From Octopus bimaculoides (taxonomy: Eukaryota): DNA of 54,866 nucleotides. The stretch is from the NCBI RefSeq assembly GCF_001194135.2, contig NC_069008.1, positions 12,010,678-12,065,543 of the forward strand. The letters run 5' to 3'. Below the pieces are notes generated by a model. It was not told where the DNA came from, searched no databases, and saw only the letters and a program-made list of their open reading frames with translations. This document shows positions 22,923-34,058 of this stretch, piece by piece (position 1 is the stretch's first letter; every line of letters starts with the position of its first letter). The position numbers were made by a program, and so were the translations under genes.

Positions 22923-25179
22923 TCATGTACATAGTTTTGGTTTAATTATTTCCACTTGTACCTTTTGTAATGATATATTTCAATCGTGGTCGACATATAG
23001 AATGTCAACGAAGTTTTGGGAGATACATTGTCTCTATTAAGAAATATCCTAGCAGATAAATGTTTAATAACTTTTGAAAGTGAAAGGCTTGGAAGTATCA
23101 CACGTTCATTAACTGAAAGTTTCCATTAGATTTCTATACAATCACAGATCGTAGTTTAGAGCAGGGTCTAGAATAAGCTCGTTGATTTAATTATTGATTT
23201 CAGACCATAGTGTGGTGGAGAATAAAATTAATATCAATTATCTAACAACATCAAAATGAAAGATCTTAAATCACCGATGTTGGTCAAATTTTACTATGAA
23301 TATTATGTGTATTATATGTTACCTGTTATAGTATATAAATCAGTGTGAAGACTGAGACATCTTTACTTACACTAAAACTTAATTTTGAGCAAGAGAAAGT
23401 TTCTGGTTTACGCTACGATTCAACAGGGACTGAAATTCGAAAACAAAAATTACAAAAAAGAGACTCGGAAACATAAACGGCGAAACTTTTTTTTTTAATC
23501 TATATACGCTGTTACAATACGTATGTATCATTTCTACAAAAATACTAAAATATACACACAGTTATATATATTATTCAGAAAAGTTTTATATCTGTTATAT
23601 CTCCGAAATTTAGTGTTGTTTTGGAAGGTAACATACAAATTGGGGCCCTCGGACGTGGTATGATTTTCAATATATTTTGAATGAAGAATAAGGTATCGAT
23701 CTGGCTGTGAATGTGCTCGGACAACAAAGTCACATTTTTACTCTGAATGTGTTTCTTAAAAGCAAAACTACAAATGAAGAACGAGGATATCTGATAATAT
23801 TAGGATTATTTTTACGTTTCGTTTCTGTCGTGTTAGTTTTTATAATTTCTGTTGACAAACTTTAGCTTGGTGAATCACGGCAAGAATTAAGACATCGCCG
23901 TAGTTTAAACAAATACTGAAGATGGGAAAGCAGATTGCAGGAGTTTATGGAGAAATACAAGTAAGTCCTTAACTCAGTAGTGGCAAAGTAATAACTGATT
24001 TCACGGACTGATTGTATAACCGTTATTAAATATCTAGCCTTCACTATACGTAGCGAAGTATAGTGATGAATGAACCACGATGTAAATAAATGTAGAAAAT
24101 GCATTGGAAATACACGTATGTTGGTGCTAACATTTCTAATGAGTGAAACATTTAAAAGTTAATCAGACATAGATATTAGAGCGAGGAAGAAAGAAATATT
24201 AAAGATCAATATTATTTTCTAGTATTACTATAGATGTGTCCTCCCACCACCGACTTTGTTGCCTCATAACTTTCAGAAAATGGATATTTTTAAATGAAAT
24301 TTCCTATAAATATGCGACATTCTTTCGTTACTACAAGCATTTACGTCACTGAAGAGCGTGGTAATGCCAAATATGCTTCAGATGATGTAGATTCTCATTA
24401 TATCGGAATATGTTGCAAAAAAAAAAAAAAAAAANNNNNNNNNNNNNNNNNNNNNNNNNNNNNNNNNNNNNNNNNNNNNNNNNNNNNNNNNNNNNNNNNN
24501 NNNNNNNNNNNNNNNNNNNNNNNNNNNNNNNNNNNNNNNNNNNNNNNNNNNNNNNNNNNNNNNNNNNNNNNNNNNNNNNNNNNNNNNNNNNNNNNNNNNN
24601 NNNNNNNNNNNNNNNNNNNNNNNNNNNNNNNNNNNNNNNNNNNNNNNNNNNNNNNNNNNNNNNNNNNNNNNNNNNNNNNNNNNNNNNNNNNNNNNNNNNN
24701 NNNNNNNNNNNNNNNNNNNNNNNNNNNNNNNNNNNNNNNNNNNNNNNNNNNNNNNNNNNNNNNNNNNNNNNNNNNNNNNNNNNNNNNNNNNNNNNNNNNN
24801 NNNNNNNNNNNNNNNNNNNNNNNNNNNNNNNNNNNNNNNNNNNNNNNNNNNNNNNNNNNNNNNNNNNNNNNNNNNNNNNNNNNNNNNNNNNNNNNNNNNN
24901 NNNNNNNNNNNNNNNNNNNNNNNNNNNNNNNNNNNNNNNNNNNNNNNNNNNNNNNNNNNNNNNNNNNNNNNNNNNNNNNNNNNNNNNNNNNNNNNNNNNN
25001 NNNNNNNNNNNNNNNNNNNNNNNNNNNNNNNNNNNNNNNNNNNNNNNNNNNNNNNNNNNNNNNNNNNNNNNNNNNNNNNNNNNNNNNNNNNNNNNNNNNN
25101 NNNNNNNNNNNNNNNNNNNNNNNNNNNNNNNNNNNNNNNNNNNNNNNNNNNNNNNNNNNNNNNNNNNNNNNNNNNNNNN

Positions 25180-25395
25180 GAACCCTGCTGTACTCTTTTG
25201 CCACAACTTTCTCTCATTCTTACTTCCTGTTTCTGTTGTGCCTGTAATTCAAAGGGTCAGCCTTGTCACACTGTGTCACGCTGAATATCCCCGAGAACTA
25301 CGTTAAGGGTACACGTGTCTGTGGAGTGCTCAGCCACTTGCACGTTAATTTCACGAGCAGGCTGTTCCGTTGATCGGATCAACTGGAACCCTCGT
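25180..25395 (+). mobile_element. SINE family C, 3' half (head lost in gap)
   Basis: Near identical to 40017-40223. Confidence 0.85.
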
Positions 25396-25449
25396 CCTTG
25401 GAGTTCCAGCTGCACGTTGTGTAACATTATATATATATATATATATATA

Positions 25450-26093
25450 TGTAAGAACGACCGTGCGAACCAAAAGGAGAAATGGTGACAAATGGAAAAA
25501 CAAGCTCCTTTATTAACGCGTCACACGGTCGCCACAAAATATATGAAATGATAAATATGTTATAATACAGATGTTCTTCGCAGGTGTCGGATTCTGGCTG
25601 TTATTTTCATGGTGAAGAAATCACACAAACAGGGTTGAGAAGAGAAGCTGCGGTTAGCTGTTGGTAGCTTGTGTACGTGTAGAGTCATGTTGACGCTGGC
25701 GGCGATGCTGGTAGTCGTAGAGTCGTGTTGCTGTTGGCGACGTCGGGGGCGATGCTTGTAGTTTGTAGTTGAACGATGGTGTTGTTGATGTCGTCGCTGG
25801 AACTGGCTGGCAGTGTTACGCGTGTGTGGTCAGCGGCCAGATCTAAGAGATCTGAGTCGCGACGAATTGGCAGGTATTTAGCAGGCTATTTATAGCTAAA
25901 GGTGGGCTCCAGAGAAGCATTAGAAGAACACTCTCACGTGACCTTATTAGGGGCTATGGTTGGTCAGTTTGCGTCCTGGGGTGAACGGGTGGAGATAATT
26001 TACCCGCACAAAGAATAGTCAGTCAGGTGATGACAGGGAATGAGTTGCTTTCTACTACGCTCGCCTGTTAATATATATAGTGAGAGAAGTGTT

Positions 26094-26100
<7 letters not shown>
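25450..26100 (-). mobile_element. Solo LTR (TG...CA, 651 bp), copy 2, inserted in (TA)n
   Basis: TGTAAGAACGACCGTGCG ... GTTCACTACA with (TA)n on both sides. Minus strand: TATAAATA at 25887-25894, AATAAA at 25509-25514. Confidence 0.8.
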
Positions 26101-26132
<32 letters not shown>

Positions 26133-26316
26133 GTTACACAATGTGCTGCTGTAACTAGTTAATGTCTGCTCTCAATGGTTAACATGGGTTTGATAGTTTG
26201 ATAGAATCAGATAAGTTAGAAGATCTTGTCTTGGTCCAGTGTTTGTTTTGGCATGGTTCCTACAGCTTGATAATGTCAACTACCTTACAGGTTGTCATGG
26301 GAACAAGGTAAAGATA

Positions 26317-26657
26317 ACCCCCCTCCTCAGTCATGGATGACCATGGGATTGCACCTAGAATGTTCACAATACTCCCCGAGGCACAAGTCCAGCCAAGGTT
26401 GTTTATGAAAAAGCCACCAGTCGCCCATGCATACCAGCCTCTCCTCTCCACACCATGGATGTTATCCAAGGGAAAGGCAAAGGCCAATACAGCTTCACAC
26501 CTGTGACGTTGCAACTCATTTCTACAGCTGAGTGAACTGGAGCAATGTGAAATCAAGTGTCTTGCTCAAGAACACAATGCAGTCCAATCCAGGAATCAGA
26601 CTCATTACCTTATGATTGTGAGTCTGACGGTCTAATCACTGAGCCATGCACCTTCAC
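26317..26657 (-). mobile_element. SINE family D, full length
   Basis: The reverse complement is colinear with 34853-35173. Confidence 0.8.
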
Positions 26658-27374
26658 ATGGAAGCAACGTGCAAGAAAAAAGGGCAGGTAACTGAAGGAG
26701 AAAAGGACAGAGAGAAAGAACGTGTGTGATGTTTTTATGTCAGGTGATGAGAGAGGGTAAGGCATGATAAGAGGAACAGGTATGATAGTGTTTGTAGAGT
26801 GAGTAACTGAATAGACATTATTGAGGGATATGTAGAAGTGGTAATGGAGGGAGTAACAGAGACATTGTTGTGGAGGTAAGCAGAATGGACAATGAGAATG
26901 GAAAGGCTAAGGGGTTCTTAGGCGTGTCCAGACCTATGCTACATTATAAGAGCAAGTACAAGCAGATGTGAGGGGGAAGGGAACACGAAAGGAAGAAAAT
27001 AGACAAAGGTGGTGAGGATCTTGAGAGAGTCATTGAAAGAAAGAAGAGATATTCAGTTCTGTAAATTTTTAAATCTACAGTTTTTCTTTATAGGAAAATA
27101 TCCATTGTTGTATCTCTTTTTGAAAAACTAAGTGCATGCCCTCTGTAGGGCTTGTGAAAAGGGCTCCGACTTCTTGGCACTGAAATTCCTAATGAGGCTC
27201 CATCTCCAAAGGGTTAAGATTAGACATATTTACAAAAGAATTTCCAGCATCTAAAGATATCGGCAAATGTCACTGTTGATTGAAATATAGATTTCAATCC
27301 TTCATTTGTTCACTTAAATGTTTATATCTATAGTTTTTTTTTATTATAGAAATGGTTGTAAAATTTCCACTATT

Positions 27375-27766
27375 CTTTCTTTCATTCTTTTATTTGTTTC
27401 AGTCATTTGACCATGGCCATGCTGGAGCACTGCCTTACAGGGTTTTAGTCAAAGAAATCAATCCCAGGACTTATTCTTTGTAAGCCTAGTACTTATTCTA
27501 TCGGTCTCTTTTGCTGAGCCACTAAGTTATGGGCATGTAAACACACCAACATTGGTTGTCAAGTGGGGGGAACAAACACATACATAAACACACACACACA
27601 CATGATAGGCTTCTTTCAGTTTCTGTCTACCAAATCCGCTCTCAAGGCATTGGTTGGCCTGAGGCTATAGTAGAAGACACTTGCCCAAGGTGCCATGCAG
27701 TGGGACTGAACCTGGAACCATGTGGTTGGGAGGCAATCTTCTCACCACACAGCCACACCTGTGCCT
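27375..27766 (-). mobile_element. SINE family A in the ZNF-3 upstream intron
   Basis: Colinear with 7586-7968. Confidence 0.85.
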
Positions 27767-28337
27767 ACTGTATATTCATTTTTTAAGTATCTTCTATAAC
27801 TTACACTGTTGTTTCTCTTTAATTTCAGATTATCAGATGAAACTGGTCTAGAATTTTTACCTCAAGTACATCGTTAATGTGGATTATAAATTGAAAAATA
27901 AAGGGAAATGTTATATAGAACTGATACAAACCTGTTTACATAAATCTGTGATGAATCAACATGTAGTGAAATGTTCATTTTGAACTAGGATCAACAACAA
28001 TGTCTTTCTTCTTCATTATCTGGAATATTGTCATAATTTTGCATTTTAATTAAAACTGGACATATTTACAAAGAGATACCAACACCTAAAGATATCGGCA
28101 AGCATCACTTTTAATGGAAATGTAGTATTTTATAGTAATATTATATTATTTTGTCAGGAATAAGTTATAAAAATGCAAATGAAAAAAATATCCATATAAT
28201 TATATTTGATGAGAAAAGTAAAGTAGTAGAAAAATGAATTATGTGAGAAACTTGGAAGAACTTTGAGGATTGATGATTACCTGAAGAGATTCCAGAAAGA
28301 GTTGGGAAATCATCATTCCATTGTGATATCTATAAAA

Positions 28338-29246
28338 ATGTCTTTCTTGCTAGAATCAAATGTTATTAAACACAAACATATTCATACAGGAGAGAAGCCA
28401 TATCAGTGTGATATTTGTAGTAAATTATTCTCTCATAAATGTGAAGTAATTAGTCACAAACATATTCATGCAGGAAAGAAAGTATATCATTGTGATATCT
28501 GTGGTAAATCGTTCCCTCAAAAGGGTAAACTAGCTACTCACAAGCGTATTCACACAGGTGAGAAGCCATATCACTGTGACATCTGTGGCAAATCATTCTC
28601 TCACAATGGATATTTACCTACGCACAAGCTTGTTCATACAGGAGAGAAACCACATCAGTGTGTTATCTGTGGTAAATCCTTCTCTCTACGTAGCAACTTA
28701 ACTGCTCACAAACGCATCCATACAGGAGAGGAACCATATCAGTGTGACATCTGTGGTAAATCATTCTCTCATAGAAGACCCTTCACTACACACAGACGTA
28801 TCCATGCAGGTGACAGACCATATCTTTGTGATTTATGTGGTAAATCATTTATTGAAAATAGAAACTTAACTACACACAAACGTGTTCATACAGGAGAGAA
28901 GCCATATCAATGTGATATCTGTGGTATATCATTCCCTGATAATGGTCATGTAAAAAGGCACAAACGTATTCATACGGGAGAGAAGCCATATCAGTGTGAT
29001 ATCTGTGGTAAACCATTCTCTGAACCTGGCCATGTAACAAAACACAAACGTATTCACACAGGAGAGAAGCCATATCAGTGTGATGTTTGTGGTAAATCTT
29101 TCTCTGAAATTAGTCATGTAATAAGACACAAACGTATTCATACTGGAGAGAAGCCATACAAGTGTGATATATGTGGTAAATCATTCTCTCTAAACAGTAA
29201 TTTAACAAGGCACAAACATATTCACTCAAGAGAAACCATATCCTGA
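28338..29246 (+). CDS. Tandem C2H2 zinc-finger protein (ZNF-3), 10 intact fingers, paralog of ZNF-2
   Basis: The ORF is open from TTG 28263 and the first ATG is at 28338. Ten CDIC-type fingers, stop TGA at 29244-29246. The upstream acceptor (27827-27828) and leader are homologous to those of ZNF-2. Confidence 0.85.
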   Translation: MSFLLESNVIKHKHIHTGEKPYQCDICSKLFSHKCEVISHKHIHAGKKVYHCDICGKSFPQKGKLATHKRIHTGEKPYHCDICGKSFSHNGYLPTHKLVHTGEKPHQCVICGKSFSLRSNLTAHKRIHTGEEPYQCDICGKSFSHRRPFTTHRRIHAGDRPYLCDLCGKSFIENRNLTTHKRVHTGEKPYQCDICGISFPDNGHVKRHKRIHTGEKPYQCDICGKPFSEPGHVTKHKRIHTGEKPYQCDVCGKSFSEISHVIRHKRIHTGEKPYKCDICGKSFSLNSNLTRHKHIHSRETIS

Positions 29247-29420
29247 TTTATGTGGTAAATCATTCTATCGAAAGAGTGATTTAATTGCATACAAATATGT
29301 TCATACAGGAGAAAAGGCTTACCACGATATATCTGTGGTAAGTCATTCCCTTGAAATTTTGAAGTGCCTATACACAAATGTATCCATACAGGAGAGAATT
29401 CATATCAGTGACATACATTA
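29247..29420 (+). pseudogene. Out-of-frame eroded fingers (about 2) in the ZNF-3 3' UTR
   Basis: [27 protein letters not shown].. and a further atccatacaggagagaattcatatcag linker relic. Confidence 0.75.
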
Positions 29421-29730
29421 TAAATCAGTGTTTCTGAATCATTTTTTGACCCCTTTGAATCCCTAGTTTACTCAGATGGACCCTCGTAACCATTCGATGT
29501 TTAAAAAGAATTCTGTTATATTTTTATAATTAAATATTAAGAATTGTATAAAAAAACTTGTTAAAATATTTTGTGTATTGTAGAAACGTAGCCAGTTTAT
29601 TGCAGATAACTGTTAACAACAAAATCTTATATGGAACTCAGTTGAGAGCATCTGTTATAAATCATTTTGTCATAAAAAGTAACTTGATTGAGCATGCAGC
29701 CATTCATTTACAATCAAAATTCATTACATT

Positions 29731-29936
29731 TTAAACCCTTTTGCATTGAATACAGCCCTTGTCTGGCTCAAATATTCTGCCTGTTTTATGTTAAAATTCA
29801 CCAGATCCAACCTTTCACACCTACCCTGCAATGTCATTCCAAAAATATACAAACACACCATTGAGATCTTGAAACTACAAGATAATGCATGATTAATTTA
29901 GAACACTGTAAATAAATAAGCATGCTAAAGGGTTAA
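29731..29936. mobile_element. TTAA MITE (piggyBac-like ends)
   Basis: ttaaacccttttgcatt ... atgctaaagggttaa. Confidence 0.75.
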
Positions 29937-30148
29937 ACCATTTCACCTGCTAAACCAGGGGTTATCGTTGTGGATGTTGCCCATAACATTAATTGTAATG
30001 ATAAACGTCGCCCTTTCAGAGCCTAGCCAGGCTCATGGGCCCGGTTTCCTGGTTTCTATGGCGTATGTGTTCTCCGTGAGACGTTTCAATGCCATAGTAC
30101 AAGAGTTGCTTCCCTTAGCTTTAAGTTTTACGAAGGAATTTAGTGGTT

Positions 30149-30357
30149 CTTTTATCTTATTCAGTCATCAGAATGTGGCCATGATGGGGCACCATCTTGA
30201 AGAATTTCAATCAAACAAATCGGCACCAGTTCTTCCTTTTTTATGCCCAGTACTTTTTTTGTTGGCTTCTTTTACTAAACTGCTAAGTTACGTGAATGCA
30301 AACACAGTAACACCAGGTATCAAGTGATGGTGAGGAACAAACAGACACAAAGCCATA

Positions 30358-30420
<63 letters not shown>
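30149..30420 (-). mobile_element. SINE family A, diverged 3' half ending at its (CA)n(TA)n tract
   Basis: ttcagtcat..tgtggccatg..ggggcacc and ctgctaagttacg..aacaaacagacaca align to family A. Confidence 0.65.
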
Positions 30421-31830
30421 CAAACCACAAACCCCAAACCCCTTCAGGTAGACGGCTCTGCTTGATCTGTAGAAAAGACGTAGGTAGAAATTCCATAAGA
30501 TGTACCCAGTGTAAGCTATAGACACATAAGAGGTGCAGCAATATCAAAGGAAGGCTAACTGGGAAAGTAGTTTTTGTATGTGGCAGATGCTCAGGAGCAA
30601 TAAACACTGTAAACAAACAGGAAACAACTTCTGCCACATTCCAGGGAGAAAAGCTAGAGGTAGTTGGTAGCTTCCGTTACCTTGGTGACCAAGTCAGTAG
30701 CAGGGGAGGGTGCGCTGAAAGTGTAGCTGCTAGAATAAGAAAAGCCTGGGCAAAGTTGAGAGAACTCTTACCTCTGCTGGTGACAAGGGGCCTCTCACTC
30801 AGAGTAAAAGGCAGACTGTATGACGCATGTGTATGAACAGCCATGCTTCATGGCAGTAAAACATGGGCTGTGACTGCTGAGGCCATGCGTAGGCTTGCAA
30901 GGAATGAAGCCAGTATACTCCAATGGATGTGTAATGTCAGTGTGCATACTCGACAGAGTATCAGTACCTTGAGAGAAAAGTTGGACCTAAGAAGCATCAG
31001 TTGTGGTGTGCAAGAGAGATGATTGCACTGGTATGGAGATTTGGCGAGAATGGATGAGGATAGCTGTGTGAAAAAGTGCCACACCCTAGTGGTTGAGGGA
31101 ACCTGTAGAAGAGGGAGACCTGGGATGAGGTGGTGAAGCACGACCTTCGAACATTAGGCCTCACCGAGGCAATGACTAGTGACCGAGACCTTTGGAATTA
31201 TGCAGTGTGTGAGAAGACCTGGCAAGCCAAGCGAGACCATAATCCGTGGCTACTGCCAGGGGTGTAGCCAGACCACTTATGTGTACCTTTCCATCTTTGG
31301 ACACAAAACCCTGCTTGCGAAGACCTGTTGAGGCAAGTGAAATCGAAATCGAAAATTGAACCAAGTTCGTTGACTAGCACCCATACCAACCTTCCTTCAT
31401 TGGACACTAAACTCAGCTTGCAAAGACCCTGTTGGGGCAAGTGACATCAAAACTGAACCAAATTTGATGACTGGCACCCGTGCCAGTGGAGCGCTAACAG
31501 CACCGTCCGAGCAGGATTACTACCAGAGCAGCAGCTTTGCTTCCATGCCGGTGGCACATAAAATGCACCATTTGAGCGTGATTGTTTCCAGCTTCGCCTC
31601 ACTGGCACTTGTTCCAGTGGCATGTGAACAAAACATTGGGCTGACTCCTGCGCAGGTGGCACGTAAAAAGGAAATAAACTACACTCTCGGACTGGTTGGC
31701 ATTAGGAAGGGCATTGAGCTGTAGAAACTCTGCCAATTTAGATTAGAGTCTGGTGTAGCCATCTTGTTCACCAGTTCCCAGTCAAATCGTCCAGCCCATG
31801 CTAGCATGGAAAGCGGATGTTAAATGATGA

Positions 31831-31834
<4 letters not shown>
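30421..31834 (+). mobile_element. 5'-truncated RTE-clade LINE: PHD-like finger, RT thumb/C-terminus, 3' UTR and (GAT)n tail
   Basis: CLIC..CTQC..H..C..CGRC, then KLEVVGSFRYLGDQ, ARIRKAWAKLRELLPLL, KGRLYDACV, LHGSKTWA, QER*LHWYG, RRGRP. Several stops. (TA)n on both sides. Confidence 0.9.
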
Positions 31835-31874
<40 letters not shown>

Positions 31875-33727
31875 TCTATTCAAATTTTAAAAGAACTCCA
31901 AAATTTTGTGAACTTATTTCATTTCAACTGAATTTAAAGTAATACCATATTGGTAAAGTACCAATAAATGCTTTATTATTATTGCTCTCTTTAGTTTTGG
32001 GCCACAGGTCCAGTTAGCTCTCCACGGGAGCTAGTTTAAAAGTCCGCATGGAGTGTGGCTTTTAAGCTAGTATTATATAAAACTACAGCTAAATCCACAC
32101 GTCAGGTGATTTAACTGTATGTTATTGTTAATAAAATCATTCATAAATATTCACTCTAACATATCTCTAGAATTGAGAAAATATACTATTGATTTATTTG
32201 ACAATGTGGGTAAATAATTGAAGAATGTACTTCTATAAACCGGATATAACATTGCTGTACAGTTATTATATTACAAACAAACAGATAGAACATGAAAGAA
32301 AATACTTCATTAGACCATAGACAAATATATGTAGAATATTTTACATATATTCTGAATCTCATACACATTCTTTCATGTATCTTATGTAAATCCTGGTTTA
32401 AATTTTGTTTTGTATATATCCCATCAAAGGAATGGTTCTTTTTTTTGTTGGGATTTATATACCGTTCTCATTTCTTTTATTTATAGCATAATTCCTTTGT
32501 GAGTTAATGGTTAAGTTCAATATTTATTTACAAACATGATCATAACAGTTAATATAATATGAAGTGATATAATTTGCAAACCATCATTATTGTTGCAGTT
32601 GATGTTTTAATGTCCATTCTCTGTGCAGACATGGCTTCACTGTGCCTGTCGTGCAATATATCGCCTCGTTTTCTCAATATTTTGTTGTCTCAGTTTTAAG
32701 TTCCAGAATCCAGACATCTGGCTTCATGACACTTTATGAATGTTCTTATTAAACCTGAAATCTGAATAAATCTGGTTTCCTCTGTCATTCTGCATGTATC
32801 ACATTTAAGCAAATTGGGTGCTGACACAACCCTAAATTGTAGAATTCACAAACTTGATCAATCTATGATAAAAGTTGTGCATTTCTCTGACTGATCTACA
32901 GTAACAGTTTTATTTAAAAGCTAGATATTTTCCGTTGACATTATCTGATATTAGAGGTTATCATACATTGAATGAGAGATAAACAGTGGGATAATTTTGT
33001 ATATTAAGATATGATATATGTTGTTATCTAGTCAATATGTGATTAAACCAGCTAAATGTATTGAAAAGACATTTCCCAATGTCTAATAATGTTAAAATGT
33101 GATACATATTGCTGTATAAGAATTGAATTTATGTTAGTTTGACTTTATCTTACACAGATGTGAAATCAATTGAGAAAGTCCACCAGTAATATTTTGTGGT
33201 GAAACCATCACAATATATCATGCCAAACAAAGACATGTGATAGTGTCTAAATTGGTTATTTCATATTACTCTGTAAGGAGTATAAGGCACCAACTTCATT
33301 GCTGACTTCCAAATGGGTATTTTTCAATGAAGTTTTCTACAAATGTGCTTCAGATGATATAAATTCTGATTATATTGGAACTTATGTTGAAAACATTTTT
33401 AAGAGGGTGGAGTGAGGAGTTTCAGAATATTTCACATGAGTCGACTTTGTTTCCTCCTAAGTTCTGAAAGAAGTGGGCATTTTTTTTTACAGTGTGGCTG
33501 TATGGTAAGAAGCTTGCTTCCCAACAACATGGGTACATGTCTGAAGTAGATTTCTTCAATCAGCTGGGTCTAATTGTCAATATACATTGCAAGAATATCA
33601 TTTGGCTGGTACTTATGTACCAAGTTTGATATTTACTTGATAATGTGTGTGTATATCATTCTGACCTAACGGAATACCTCAATTTAAGTGCCTAATTCAA
33701 CTTAATCTTACTTATATATATATAAGT

Positions 33728-34058
33728 AAAGGTGACGCTTTAGACACAAACAATTACAGAGGTATCAAGTTGTTGGATCAAGTAATGAAAGTTACGGAGA
33801 GGGTCATAGCCCAACTAATTAGGGAGAGAGTCAGTTTAGATGAGATGCAGTTTGGGTTCGTTCCAGGGAAAAGCACCACTGATGCTATATTTCTGGTAAG
33901 ACAGCTTCAGGAGAAATACCTAGCCAAGGATAAACCTCTGTACCTGGCCTTCGTTGACATGGAGAAAGCCTTTGACAGGGTCCCCCGATCCCTCATCTGG
34001 TGGTCAATGAGGAAACTAGGGATAGAAGAATGGTTAGTGAGAGCTGTGCGAGCCATGT
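33728..34058 (+). mobile_element. RTE-clade LINE RT fragment running into a gap
   Basis: KGDALDTNNYRGIKLL..EMQFGFVPGKSTTDAIFLVRQLQEK..LYLAFVDMEKAFDRVPR with no stops. Confidence 0.92.

Noticed and set aside
13244-23966. Candidate splice donors GTGAGT (13244) and GTAAGT (23961) in CpG-retaining stretches, as first exons of ZNF-2 and ZNF-3
   Set aside because: Plausible but unsupported without transcript data.
8990-27040. Weak reverse-complement resemblance between the pyrimidine-rich tract 8990-9460 and the purine-rich tract 26660-27040
   Set aside because: Only short words match and low complexity could explain them.
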